A DNA stretch of 64,000 bases from contig JAQFVV010000005.1 in the NCBI GenBank assembly GCA_028023455.1, positions 11,470,001 through 11,534,000 of the forward strand, written 5' to 3'. Both the position numbers and the translations under genes were made by a program. The stretch is from Epiperipatus broadwayi (taxonomy: Eukaryota; Animalia; Onychophora). Positions 38,601 through 52,400 of this stretch are shown here, piece after piece (positions within the stretch are counted from its first letter, which is position 1; every line of letters begins with the position of its first letter). The notes beneath the pieces were generated by a model, which saw nothing but the letters and a program-made list of their open reading frames with translations, ran no database searches and was not told where the DNA came from.

Positions 38601-39504
38601 TTTCCTTCATGATTAGTTGCTAAGATACAACTTTGACCTAAAGTTATCTCTATGTTTTGCATCTTGATTAGTGACATTAGTCAACTTAATAAATCATTTA
38701 TATATATATAGATAAATGATTGAAAAATAATCATTTTAATATTTAATTTTATTAAAACAACTATTTATTTGACTTAAAATTTTATAGTTTAACATTTAAG
38801 TTATATACGCGTGTATATATGTATTTTAAGGGAAAAGGATAACATATTTTTTATATTTTTCAGTTTATGTTTTGATCTTGTACATAAATAAATGAGGTTA
38901 ACAAGATTGTAAGTTACCCTTACAATATATACAAAAATTATTATATAAGAAATTAGACATTACAACAATCAAAAAATGAAAGCTTTATTAACACTGAATC
39001 ATGCAGCCAGAAAGATTTTCATTGATTTGTTTGCATTGATAAAATAACATTTTCTAATTACTGATAAATTATTTCTTATAACAAAATTAGCACATAATAG
39101 TAAATATTTTTATTATTGGATATATTTAGCCTAGTATAATGCATTACTTTACAGTTTCTAGAATGGATATTTTGTATCTACATAAAATCTCTTAAATATT
39201 GGTGCAGTTTTATTTACTGGGTCTGGAGGATGAAATTCATCAAATGATTTAGATGTGACTTTTTTCCGATGCATTATGCAGTATTATGAGCTTTCTAACT
39301 TATTTGTGACTTTGCTATTGCAAATTCCTTGGATTTGCTCCAATAATGGTGTCTGGGTGAAATTAATCCACCCACTGATATAGGTCATTAGACAATTATA
39401 GAGACTTAAGAAGTGATTGGCATATTCTAAAGTGAATCATAAATTATTTTTTACTTATTACTATAACATACAATAGCACTGCAGTTTTAATTTTAAATAC
39501 TTAT

Positions 39505-39800
39505 TACAGGCCACTCTTTTAAACACACTGCAGCTAAGATTGTTTTCTTTGAAAGCAATCACAGGAAACAGAAAGTCAAGGAAGCTTGGCACATAATCAA
39601 TTCTGTTAATGCGATAAATGTTAAAACAAATAACATTTCCCTTAAAAAACATTAGTCATTCAATTTGACAACATAACTTATTAAAATCAATGGCCAATTT
39701 AATTACCTCCGCATGCATATGGAAATGCTGATACATTTTGGTAACTCCTCCTCAATCATGCTTTGACAAAGACACTGTGTCAAAAGCCTGACTTAGCAGA
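39505..39800 (+). mobile_element. Penelope 3' fragment: GIY-YIG C-terminus plus pLTR with a decayed hammerhead core
   Basis: SFKHTAAKIVFFESNHRKQKVKEAWHIINSVNAIN. Then TTGACAA-A-GAC-ACTGT-GTC-AAAA at 39763-39785. Absent from paralogous copy B. Confidence 0.65.
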
Positions 39801-40160
39801 TTAATAAATTTAGTTTATATTTATTTTGTCTCACCATAATTATTATTTACTTGTTTAGTTGTATATTACATATTGCCTATGGTATTAATTTTTAAAATTT
39901 TATATACAACAATCTACTGCAAAATATTTTGATACATATTTTTTAATTAGTTTATGGTGATGAAACCAACAAGACATTAATAGGATATTAGTTGTCCCTT
40001 TTCATTCCAACCTGTCTTTAGACAGAAAATGTAACATGTTTTCACTTACAGAGAGTTTTTATAATTGTATTTGAATTTTTCAATAGCATTCTAATGAATT
40101 ATAAGTAATAATTGTAGTACAAACATTGATTTCATAAAGAAAATAAGAGCTAGAGGGATG

Positions 40161-40443
40161 CCATATGATACTAAATCATCCATGCACTTTACTACTGTTA
40201 CACAATGTTTTATTTACCATCCTCTTTTACAGTTTCAATTGCCCCAGCAATCTTCTTCAGAACTTTATATCTCTTAACCTCAACTGCTAAATTTAAACTT
40301 TTTTTTTTTTTAAATTTAGCAGTTGAGGTTAGGAGATATAAAGTTCTGAAGAAGATTTCTGGGGCAATTGAAACTAAAAGAGAGTGGTAAATAAAGCATT
40401 GTGTAACAGTAATAAAGTGCATGGATGATTTAGTATTATATGG
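40161..40443. repeat. Near-perfect ~283-bp palindrome with a hammerhead-like core in each arm
   Basis: Arms 40161-40297 and 40309-40443, with an 11-nt CTTTTTTTTTT spacer. CTGAAGA-A-GATT(G/T)C-TGGG-GCAATT-GAAAC at 40346-40374 (+) and 40232-40260 (-). Confidence 0.9.
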
Positions 40444-40660
40444 TATACATTTGGCAATGCAATAAGAAAGAATAGTTATTATACTTCTTGAAACTAGCTG
40501 GATGTATTACCTTTTTATAAATCTCATACTATAATGCAGTTTTTATATAATTCCTCCTTTATTTTGTTGTAGTCTTCATAAATAAATAAATAAAGGAAGA
40601 ATTATATAAAAAATGCATTATAGTATATATGAGATATATAAAAAAGTAATATATAAGAAT

Positions 40661-43600
40661 GGCTGCAGAAAGGAGTTTGCTATTAACTGAAAGGAGACCC
40701 GACCCTTTGATTCCTCTTGGAGGCCTTAAAGGAACCGAGCAGGGCAAATTCCTAATGTCCATTCCATACGTTCTTGTCGTTGCAGCTGTTATTACTGTGA
40801 TTATTCATATAGTATATGAACATGGATGGGCTGCTCACCAACACGCCTTAGCCAGCGTGGTGAGTTTATTGGCTTTTTACCTCTGAGTTTAAGATCAAGA
40901 AACACCATGGTCTTTCTTCTCAGTGCCTGATAAGGCAGAATGAATGTGTAAATGATAAATATTTTTCCAATACATATATACAATTATGACAGACAAAAAT
41001 AAAGCATGGCCCTTATTCCCAGGAGGCTGTAAAGTCACCAACCAAGGCAGCGGTTGGTGGCCGAAGGCGGAGGGTGCTAAGAATCCCCTGATTGCGGACC
41101 CAGGCTGCCATTTGATGACGACTTTATTTAGGTACTTACAACTGCAGATCACTTTCAAGTGAAAGAAGATTGCAAGAATTAGAAGAACTGTCTTATATTA
41201 AATGGGACATTATTGGACTTAGTGAAGTTAGAAGAAAAGGATAAGAAACAATTGATTTAAAAAGTGGACATATACTCTATTATAAAGGCACACATATTGG
41301 AAATACAAGTGGAGTAGGATTCATTATAAATAAAAAGTGGAAGAACAATATTGTGGAGATTGATGGTGTATCGGACAGAGTGGCAAGATTAGTTATACAA
41401 CTTAATAGCAGATACCAAATGCAGATAATTTAGGTTTATACCCCAACAAGTTCTCATAGTGATGAAGTAGTAGAAGATTTTTATATGGATGTACAAAAAG
41501 CTTTTGATCAGAGTAAACAACATTTTAAAATTGTTATGGGAGACTTTAATCCTAGAATTGGTAGACAAATGAAAGATGAAATTGCTGTAGGTAATTTTGG
41601 TTATGGTAATAGAAATGAGAGAGGACATAGACTTGTGGAGTTTGCAGAAAAAGAAAAACTTTATATTATGAATTCATTTTTTGAGAAAAATGTTAAAAGG
41701 AAATGAACATAGAAGCATCCAAATGAAGGTACAGCAGAATTGGATTCTATTTTGACTAACAGAAAATACATATTTCAAGATTGTAATGTTCTTAATAAAT
41801 TTAACACAGGAAGTGATCATCGATTAGTAAGGTGTAAGTTACGTGTTAATGTAAAACTAGAGAGACAAAAATTATTAAGAAAAACAATATTTACAGTTGA
41901 TATTCCTAATCTTCAGAAACATTCTAATGAATTTAAATTAGAACTTACAAATAGCTTTCAAATGTTAGGAGATTTTGAACATGATTCAGATTTGAATGAA
42001 ATTAATATGAAAATAACTGATACACTTTTAAAAACTGCAACAAACATAGCTGGTAGAAAAAAGCAGCAATTGACTAATAAAATTTCTACTGAGACTAGAG
42101 AATTTATGAAGAAAAGAAGGAATATGAAGATATACAAAAATGATGTATTAAAAAGAATTGAATATCTCGAATTTTGTAAAATGGTACGGAAAAGAGTTGA
42201 AAATGATATAAGAAAGTATAACTGTGAAATAGCAAGGAAAGCTGTAGAAGAAAATAAAAGTCTCAAAAATGTTAAACAACATTTTGGTATTGGTAGGAAA
42301 TTTATATCTGCAATAAGAAAAAAAGATGGAATTATTACTAAAAAGAGAGATGACATCATGAAATTGGTAGAAGATTTTTATCAAGAATTATATAGTAATA
42401 AAGAACAAGTACCTCCTACATCTATTACATCTTCCGAATTGCCCAGAATTTTAAATGAAGAAGTGAGACATGCAATTAAGTGTACGAAGAAAGGAAAGGC
42501 TCCAGGAAATGATGAAATTATAATTGATATATTAAAAGAAGCAGGTGAAGAAATAGAAACAATTTTAGCAAAGTTATATACCAAATGTCTAAATGATAAA
42601 GATGTACCGGAAGATTGGAAGAATGCAGTAATAATATTAATATTTAAAAAAGGTGATAAAGAAGATATTAGAAATTACAGACCTATCAGCCTTTTATCAG
42701 TTTTATATAAAAATTTTACCAAGATAATTACAACTCGTCTACAGAGAACTTTGGATTTCCACCAACCAAGAGAACAAGCTGGATTTAAAAGTGGTTTTAG
42801 TACAATAGATCATATCCAGGTATTGAGAGAAGTCATAGAAAGGACAACCGAATATGAGTTGTCATTATGTTTTGGATTTGTAGATTATGAAAAGGCATTC
42901 GATTTTATACACATTTCTTCAGTGATTAAAGCATTGGATCATCAAGGTATAGATCCAGGATATTGTCATATTTTAAAGAATATTTATAAAAATGCAACAG
43001 CAACAATTAGATTACATAATGATACTGGAAAAATCAACATTGAGAAAGGTGTAAGACAGGGTGACTCCATATCTCCAAAACTCTTTACAGCAGTGCTGCC
43101 AGAAGTATTTTTTGGATTAAAATGGGAAACTAAAGGAGTGAAAGTAAATGGAGAGTATTTAAGTCATTTAGATTTTGCAGATGATGTAGTTGTTTTTGCA
43201 AATAATGCTTCAGAGCTGCAGGAAATGTTGCAGGAGTTAGCAGATGAAAGTAGAAAAGTAGGACTAAAGATAAATGTTAAAAAGACTAAAGTAATGTTTA
43301 ATCGATTTGCTCAAAATATGAAAATAAAGATTGATTATGAAGAATTAGAAGAAGTTAACAGTTACAAATACCTTGGTCAGATTATTAATACAGATGGAAA
43401 CATAATGGAGGAAATTAATCATAGAATTAAACTTGGTTGGAGTGCTTTTGGTAGAAATAACTTGATACTAAAAGGAAATATGCCTATGTGTTTGAAAAGG
43501 ATGATTTTTAACAAATGTGTTTTACCAGTTCTTACTTATGGATCTGAGACTTGGACACTTAATAGAAGAGCAATACAGAGACTTCAGACCATATGTTGGG

Positions 43601-43921
43601 AGTAACAAGAAGAGATCGAAAACGCAATGTATGGGTAAGACAACAAACAGGTATTACTGACCTTATTGAAAAAATTAAAAGATTGAAATGGAGTTGGGCT
43701 GGATATATTGCTAGAAGAGATGATAATAGATGGACAATTGAAATTTTAAAATGGATTCCAAGAGATTATAAAAGACCCAGAAAGAGATCACATGTGAGAT
43801 GGATGAATGAAATAAGAAAATGTGCAGGGGTGTTGTGGAGAAGAGAAGCTAAAGATCGGAGAAGATGGATTAAACTTGGAGAGACCTTCATCCTGCAGTG
43901 GATTGATAATGGTTGATGATG
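40661..43921 (+). mobile_element. Full-length RTE-clade LINE with 13-bp TSD
   Basis: AATATATAAGAAT at 40648-40660 and 43922-43934. GC-richer 5' UTR, APE and RT domains, and a 3' TGATGATGA tail. Confidence 0.95.
41125..43916 (+). pseudogene. RTE APE-RT polyprotein, disrupted
   Basis: APE motifs YLGTYNCRSL, WDIIGLSEVRR, VMGDFN and SDHRLV. RT motifs GKAPGNDEI, YRPISLLS, GVRQGDSISPKLF and DFADD. Stops at 41242, 41431, 41704 and 41710, and a frameshift near 43590. Confidence 0.92.
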
Positions 43922-45167
43922 AATATATAAGAATACATGAAGAAATGCAAAAAAAGTAAAGGAGAAGATATAACAATAATACTTCTAACTAGAGAGATGC
44001 TGTGAAAATAAAATTTATGTTGTTTTCTTATGCATACTGATTAATGTTTTTGTTCTTTGATAGGATTATCTATGTTTCATATTAAGAGTTGAAAAGTTTT
44101 CTAAAGATTATTTTCTGATAATCCTGTTTTTTTTTCTTCTAATTGCACTCTGCATCACATGTAGTGTAAACATTAATATGTTTAGGAATTTTTTTTTGTC
44201 TAAAATGAGTCATATTTTTACCATTAACAGTTTTAATTAGTATCTTATTTAAGAATATAAGATTAGGGTGTGGATAGTTCCTAATTAAAAACTAATCAAT
44301 ATAATGGAAAGTATTTTTGCACATTATTGAAATACATAAATTAATAATTGTTAAGTATTTATGTAACTGAGCTATATAAATATTGGAGTATTTCTCAGAT
44401 GGCAATCATTTATGAATATATGGCAAATTCTGTATTCTTATAACTTTGAAATAATGTAACATGTCTATGCTAATTAAATGGATTAAAGCATAAACAAAAA
44501 AATTATTGAGGGTTGAGATTGTGTTTAAAAATATGGCAGAATTCTATTATTATGACTAAATAAATTTGAAATATTCCTTTTTGCATCTGTGTGTAGTAGA
44601 TATAAAAAGAATTTTCTTTCTTTTATGTATGTACATATAATACATGTGAACATGTCAGATTTCTCCATGTATACATTAGTTGGTTAACATAAAATCAATA
44701 TTTCGACTGGATACTGACAGCAATCTTCCAGTTAGAGATTACTTAGGAATGTTGCAGTATTTTTTGAAATGGGGCCTTCTGGTTAAAAAAAAAAAGAAGA
44801 AACCTAATCTGATGGATGTAATATGACTAGCTTACCACCTGCATGTTCAAATATTACATATCTTGATAGTTAACCACTTGAATAATTATTTATATCATCA
44901 TTATGTTTATATTATAAATATACAATTCTTTTGATTATATTATTGTAATTGAATATTTGGAATGTTAGTTTCAATGCAAATGTTAGATTGCATCACTAAC
45001 AAAATTGCAATTTATTCTGAACTGGTTGGATTAAAAAACTAGCACCAATGTTTAATTGAAGTGTAGAATGTTTTGATTTAATCCTTATCCAAGAATTTAT
45101 TTGAAGTTTGTTCAAATATTTTTTTAAAATAAAAATTAAAGTATGATTGTGCATTTTTGTATAATCA

Positions 45168-45669
45168 AGTGTCTTTAAAAGGCAAATACTACATGTCATG
45201 TGACATCATATATTTCCAAGCAGTACTATATCTTATTTTGGTTTTTAAATGTTCAACCTCCTCTCCCTATAGTATTAGTTATCAATTCTATTCCTCTTCA
45301 TCCATTTTTATTCTTCAAAATAACCATAATAATTTATTTTCAGTAAATATCCAATTTCATTTTAGATTATTTAGTAATTTCAATAAATAACCTTTAATTA
45401 CTCTTTATTATTTTAGAGTGTCTTTAAAAGGCAAATACTACATGTCATGTGAAATCATATATTTCCAAGCAGTACTAACTATATCTTATTTTGGTTTTTA
45501 AATGTTCAACCTCCTCCCCCTATAGTATTAGTTATCAATTCTATTCCTCTTCATCCATTTTTATTCTTCAAAATAACCATAATAATTTATTTTCAGTAAA
45601 TATCCAATTTCATTTTAGATTATTTAGTAATTTCAATAAATAACCTTTAATTACTCTTTATTATTTTAG
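45168..45669 (+). repeat. Near-identical tandem duplication, period 249 bp
   Basis: agtgtctttaaaaggcaaatactac at 45168 and 45417. Two substitutions and one 4-bp indel seen. Confidence 0.95.
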
Positions 45670-48600
45670 GCTTCATTCTGTTTTTATTCAAATCTATTTC
45701 TTAAAGCCTTCTTTTATCTTCATGTAAAGTTATATAGTATTGAATAATAATTCTGCTTTTATTTGAAAATTTATTTTCTTAATCTTTTGTAAAACTGACT
45801 AATATCTAAATATTGTATTCCATAATTTCAGTCTATGGCTTTCTCATTGTTTATTTATTTATTCAGTTATTATTTTATAATTTATAGTGAATTTAGTCAT
45901 CAAATGATCTTTATGGTATGGAAATAAGTTATTTTTAATCTAATTTTTAGCTGCAATAAAATTTTATTTTCTTAAAAAATTATTAACTATTCAAAAACGT
46001 TTACATTTTTAGATTGACAGCATATTTTCAATAGTCAACTGTGCTATCTTAGCTTAATTAGTTATTTCAATTTACACTTAAATTAGTCAGTTTTTTTTCT
46101 TTATTAGTTTAACTGTGTGGTTTAACATGGCGTAAAGTCATTTTAAATTGTGATTTATTACAGTATTGGAGTGATTCATTCAAGAGTTAAATATCCTTGA
46201 TTACATTTATTCCTTGTCACTTTTAATGCATAAATGGACATTCTTCTTAAGTGATGAACCATTCATTTTAAGAAGGAAACAATTGCAGTGACATAAAAAA
46301 AAAGTTTACTTATCATTGTTAGTTTATTTTAAAACAACATTCTCCTGTTTATTTCATTTTTCTAGTGATGGATTGCTATATATTAGTATTACAGGTAATC
46401 ATAAATTACAAGAGAGAAATGTCTTGATTATAAATCAAAATTGAAGCAACATGATAAAATTTTATTTTAAATATAATTTTTTTTATAATAAAATTTGTTG
46501 AAATGTGTGTGAGATTTTTAATTTTTTATTTAATAGTGTTATTGCTTGATATTCTTTTGGATGAAAGATGCTGAAACTTTCAAAAATTTTATTAAACATA
46601 TATATGATACAATTATATAAAAAGTTTTATTAAGAATCAGAATGGCATAATTAACAAAGTGTTTAAATGTTACTGCCACATGTATAATAAAATAATTTTA
46701 CTAAAATGTGTATGATTTTGTTTAAAATATTTTGAAAAAAAAAACAAAACAATTTTGCTATATCATTAGGCATTTTAACAAATATATTGAAGATCCAACA
46801 ATTGCAGCCCTGAAAATATTCATTGTATGCTGTGTCAGACTCTTCAAAATGACTTAGGAAAAAATTCTGAACATAAACATACTTTAGATTTCAAGAAGAA
46901 AATCCTACAGAACATTGAAAGTGAGAGTAACTATTTTAATAAACATGTTAGATGATAATATATTGTATATATACAAGGAATTAAATAAAGTATAAATTAA
47001 ATATGTTGCAGTATGCTAATGTGACCTGTAGGATTATAAAACACAATCAAGGCAGGTACTATTTAAATGTCCCTTGAACTCACTTGTGAACTTTAGTGAA
47101 GATGCGTCAGGATGTGGAGGCTTGTTTTGAATCCTTGCTTTATGGTAAACATTAGGCATGATTTATTGGTCTTGGGAGTGAGTCTCAAGCATCATTGTGA
47201 TCTTTGCATTGCTTCAATCTTCTTTGTCATTGGTGGACTCTTATATTTCTCCGAGTTGTATAAAAAAGTTTTAAGAATGTTTTTGCTTCCTGCTTTTATG
47301 AATAGGTGCTTGGTTTTATTATTATACACAAATAGATTTGTACATTTGTTTTAATATAACCACTTAACTGCATTTTTTGCATTGTTGGCCTGCTATTTCA
47401 ATTAGTCATCCATTAGTATTATTTCAATTGTATCATTTATTTATTCATTAGATATTCTGATTGTTTTAACATCAGGTTGTATGATTTTTTGCTGTACTAA
47501 TTACATAATTTCAATATTTTATATTTTACAATATGTGGAAATATACATATGTAACACACAATTCTGTGTGTATATCTGACACACACTAAGAATTTTCTTT
47601 TTAATCTTATTGGTGTGTGTATATACACATCTTACCCCCAAGTCATAGTACTATTTTTCATGTCAGAAAAGTTTTTTTCCCCATTGAAATCCCACAAATA
47701 ATATTTTGAATATGCACAGCATCAGATATGAGCTGATTGGACCAATTTTATCCAATTAGGCACCATGCTTGTCAATGTTTATTAAATAAATTTGTATTAA
47801 TATATAACATTTCAAAAATTACAATAATATTTGAAACATCCATACTTTTTAATATCAGTTATCTATATTATAATGCAGAGTTGACTAATTGCATTGCAGC
47901 TTACATACAGTAATAAAATATAAAGATATGCCATGTTATCTTTTTTAAAAATTATATTGGTCAAATAATTTTATACAATGAACAATTCAGTAAATTTACC
48001 TTTACTAAATTTTTTTTTTACATAAAATATTTTAAGAAATAGTTTTCATTTAATTACTTTAAAATCTTAAATATTTTTCTAAAAGTATAAGGCCCTAAAC
48101 TACTAATTTACATTATTTATGGCATTTTTTCAATAATTTTAATTGTTAGAAAATTATGAATTTTTTTTTATTATTTTAATGCAAATTAAAAAATTTTAAA
48201 CCAATGTAAAAATATTTATTTTTAATTATTTCCTGCCTTTGCAAAGAAATCTTAATATTTTAGCTATTTTTTAAATAGTATTCCAATTCAAAAATGAGAA
48301 AGAAACGGGGCGTAAAAAAAAAATTAAGTGAAATAAAAATTGCAGCTGAAAAGCAGAATTTACAATGATCCAGAATCAGAAAGACCAATCAAGAAGATGG
48401 AAATATATAAATAAAAATGTCACCAAAAAAAGTTGTTCAAAATAGTAAATGGGTATAGATAATAATCATGAAGAAACATAATCTTTAATTTATTTGTCAG
48501 GAAGGAAATCTCTTCAAATTTTATGATATCAATAATTATATACTAGTGTAATTATATTTGATAAAAATTATTTCAAAAATTGCTTTAGGCTCAAAGAATC

Positions 48601-48906
48601 TCTTCTGTATGTAACAGTTTTTGAAAACCAAATAATGGGTAGAACAATATGTAAGAAATTTAAAACTTAATAAATTTAACTCCTAATAAAAATACATTTT
48701 TTTTTTACATTTTCAATTTCCTTGAAACCCATAGCAAAATTTATGTAATATGTATTGAAACTAAATGCTTTAAAGTCCTAACTAGTTCTAATGAAGACTA
48801 GAATATTAAGCATATACTCTTTTTGATTGTATAAATTAAATATTTTTTTCTATATTATCTATGCAAAGAATTCAATGAATGCTGAATACAATGTTAGTTT
48901 CAGGTC

Positions 48907-49026
48907 CCCTATATTAGGTGGAATTAAAAAGGATAACGAAGTTTCACTGTAATATTTTGAAGCCCGGGCCCTATATTAGGTGGAATTAAAAAGGATAACG
49001 AAGTTTCACTGTAATATTTTGAAGCC
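48907..49026 (+). repeat. Perfect 58-bp tandem duplication (period 62)
   Basis: ccctatattaggtggaattaaaaagg...ttgaagcc at 48907 and 48969. Confidence 0.95.
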
Positions 49027-49407
49027 AAACTGTGGGTAAACTCATTACCTTAAAGTTTTGTTATAAAAATGAAGAAAACTTTTAATTTCCTAACAGCAAC
49101 AAGGTTTTAACGGACATCATTGTGAAAACAGATGGCAGAGAACGTATCAAATCAAGTGCAAATGAGGGGGAAATGCGAGTCAAGAAAACAGCAGTATAAA
49201 TAAACAACTGATGGAAGAAGAGAATCCAGTTAACAAAGAAAACACCTCAGGTGATTTGGACTATATGTCTCCAAAAATATCACAAGGGAAAGAGGAAGTG
49301 AATGTCATTGAAGGCTTCGAAAAGTTTAAAATTGAAAACAATTTTATCTAAAAAGTGAAACTGATTAATAAGAAAACTATAAAATCTAAATTTGAAACTA
49401 ATGAGAG

Positions 49408-49499
49408 AAGTAAGTTAAACAAATTATTTAATGTTGATAACCAAGAATTCAAGTAAGTTAAACAAATTATTTAATGTTGATAACCAAGAATTCAAGTAT
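49408..49499 (+). repeat. Perfect 44-bp tandem duplication
   Basis: aagtaagttaaacaaattattttaatgttgataaccaagaattc at 49408 and 49452. Confidence 0.95.
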
Positions 49500-52400
49500 G
49501 AAGAGGCATTACAATCAAAAATGAAAATCTACGCAAATGCAGTAAAAACTGGAGGGAATAGAAGTATGGGGTAAATAACATTATGCATGAGGCTTATGAA
49601 AATATATTGAATTTAACGGATGAGGAAAATGAACAATTGTTTTAATGAAATCACTCAATGAATAACTTAATAAGGATTGAGAAATTTAAGGAATAAAAGA
49701 GAACAATTTTATCCAGATCATAACCACAGAAATTAATTTGACACACTGGATGCTAGACACTCCAGCTAGAAATATCTTTGTAACTAATAGAGTTTTGTTG
49801 TAATATTTGTGAGCACGGGTCTGCACTCCTCATTTCTTTCTTAGGGGTTGATGTTGGGGATCTGGTTTGTGGGGCAGGCTGTTGACGATTATTGGCACTA
49901 CACGGAAAACCTGCCAGGAGGGTACAGGGTCAAAGTTTTCAGCACCTTTCCCACTCTGATGAGCTGCTGTGCCCCCTTGATGGATTGTTTTTGGGTAGTG
50001 CAGATCTGTGCTTGTCATTCATTAATTTTTTCCCCAGTTGGCATTTCAATTTTGGGCAGTTAGACAGAAAGTGGTTGGACTGTTGAATTGGGAGATAGAT
50101 ACCTGTATTGGGCTTGACTGCAGTCAAGGATTTTTCTAGTGGCATATGTGTTATTGAGCAGATGCATTTTTTATAAACCTGGTCAATAATTGTTTTACCA
50201 TGTAACATTGAACACTTTGTAATCCTTCACGGGTAAGTGTACCCAATAATTTTTTGTAATCTTTTAATTAATAAAGATTACTTTTGAAAGAATTCAATCT
50301 TGGAATTTTTTTTAGTTATAACTCATTAAAAATATTCGGACTTGATATTGGTATGATTTTCATTGTCCACATGTATAGAGAAATTAAATAAAAATTTAGA
50401 CATTAAAATGATCATAATGTGGACTTTGTTAGCCGTGAATCATGCAGACAAATTTTTATTGATCATAGGCATTGGTAATATAAGATTTTTAAATTATTGA
50501 TTAATTATTACTTACAATAAAATGATTCAACTAATAATAGTAACTATATTTATTATATATTCAGTATAGAATAATTCATTGCTATCCCATTTCAAAAATT
50601 TCAATTTGAGGTTACAGAAATATATTAAATCTAAATATTAGATTACTCACATGTAAGGAATCCCATGGAGAGTGAAAATTATTCAAATGATTTATTTGTG
50701 ACTTTCATTCTTTTTTTCAAGGTACTATGCAGTATTATGACCTTCGTATTGCAAAGTCCTTGGATTTGCTCCAATGATGGTTTCTAAGTGAATGTGATCT
50801 ACCTTCTGAACTTTATCATGATAACATCACAAAGACTTAAAAACAGATTGCACTCTTTTAAAATGAATCTTATTAAAGATTATTTTTTACTTATCATTAT
50901 TATATCACAATAGTGTGGCAGTTTTGATTTTAAATAGTATTACGAAATTAAATATGTAGGACATTCATAAACAATTTTATGCTTCAAAACACTTTGATAC
51001 ATGTTTTGAAATTAGTTTGGTGATGAAGTCACCAGTAAAATAATAATATATTACATTCTTGCCTACTAATTCCAAATTGTCTTTGGAGAGAAATTTAACA
51101 TTCACTTATAGAGAATTTTTAGGATTATTTGATTTTTTCATAGGTATTCTAATGAATTATGGGTAATGATTGCCGAATACAGATATTGTCTTTAGTAAGA
51201 AAATGGAGTAGAGAGATACTATGAAAATAAAATGAAATTGTTTTAGCATGAATAATGATTATTCTTTATGTTCAATGATAGAGTTGTCAATGTTCATAAT
51301 AAGAGTAAAATAATTTTGTAAAGAATATTTTCTGATAGTCCTGTATCTTTTTCTAATGGCCATCTATATCACACAACGTCTAACTATTGATTAATATTTT
51401 AAGAATTGTTTTTTTTTGCTTTGTCTAAAGTGAGTCATTGCCAATAAGTTTTAATTGTTATTCTACATATCATTATCTTTGAATGGCACATTAGGAAACC
51501 AGCAATCCACAATTATAAATTAGTCTGCAGAATGGAAAGTGAGTTGTGTTTTTGACAACATTAAGTGAAATACATGAATTAATAATTGATAAATATTTAT
51601 ATAATTAAGTCAGTTATATAAATGTTAGCCAGAGCAAATTTTAATGACAAATGTTAAAGTCAATCATGAATATATTGCATATTTTGTATTCACATAACTT
51701 AGAATTGAAATGACAAACATCTTTACATCAATTAAATGAATTGAATTGGAAACAAGACTTATGAAGGGTTGAGATTGTACTAAGTGATGTGAAGAAATAT
51801 TTCTGAAATGACAAATATTTATAAATTTGTTAAATACTATCTACTACATTTTATAATGCATTTGAATATTTTAATTTTTCTTGCATGTGTGCGTATAACT
51901 TATACATAAATGTTTGTTCTTTCTTATATGCATATATATGAACATATATTTCACATTTTAGCATGTATACATTTTTTTCTGGTTATTAATATACTAATAT
52001 TACAAATGAATACTAACATCCATCTTCTGTGTAATAGAAATCATTTACAAATGTTGCAATATTTTTTATTCTGAATAAAAAAACAGTCATTTTAATGGTT
52101 GTGCTATAAACAACTTGCCATCTCGGTATTCAAATGCTACATATCTTAGAAACTAACCATATGAATAATTGCATAAATGTTTTTCAGTCAATTGCGTTAT
52201 GATCAATAGTGTATTTATAAGGTTATTTTCAGAGTAAAAGATCAGATTGCCATCAGTAACAAAATTGCAATTTATTTTGGGAAATGGCAGGTTAAAACAT
52301 TCAACACTAATGTTTGATTAAAATAATTCATTCTTCATCCAATAATTTACATGAAGTTTGTTCAAGTACATTTTTAAAAAAAAAAAAAAATTATTGATTG

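Larger units (their letters stand above)
39150..46900 (+). repeat. Old segmental duplication, copy A (paralogous to ~50600-55200)
   Basis: Collinear diverged anchors: 39270-39350 vs 50720-50790 (tatgcagtattatga, ccttggatttgctccaat); 44030-44130 vs 51245-51340; 44990 vs 52245 (aacaaaattgcaatttatt); 46250 vs 53895; 46680-46820 vs 54980-55140. Confidence 0.8.

Noticed and set aside
40659-40886. ORF1 of the RTE element
   Set aside because: 75 aa, begins at the TSD junction and has no recognisable motif. More likely incidental in the 5' UTR.
41958-42584. Minus-strand ORFs (133, 78 and 67 aa)
   Set aside because: Antisense shadows of the RTE ORF.
47040-50290. Protein-coding genes in GC-richer patches (47112-47354; 49830-50208)
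   Set aside because: Only vague gag/knuckle-like fragments in broken frames. Probably TE debris that cannot be classified by eye.
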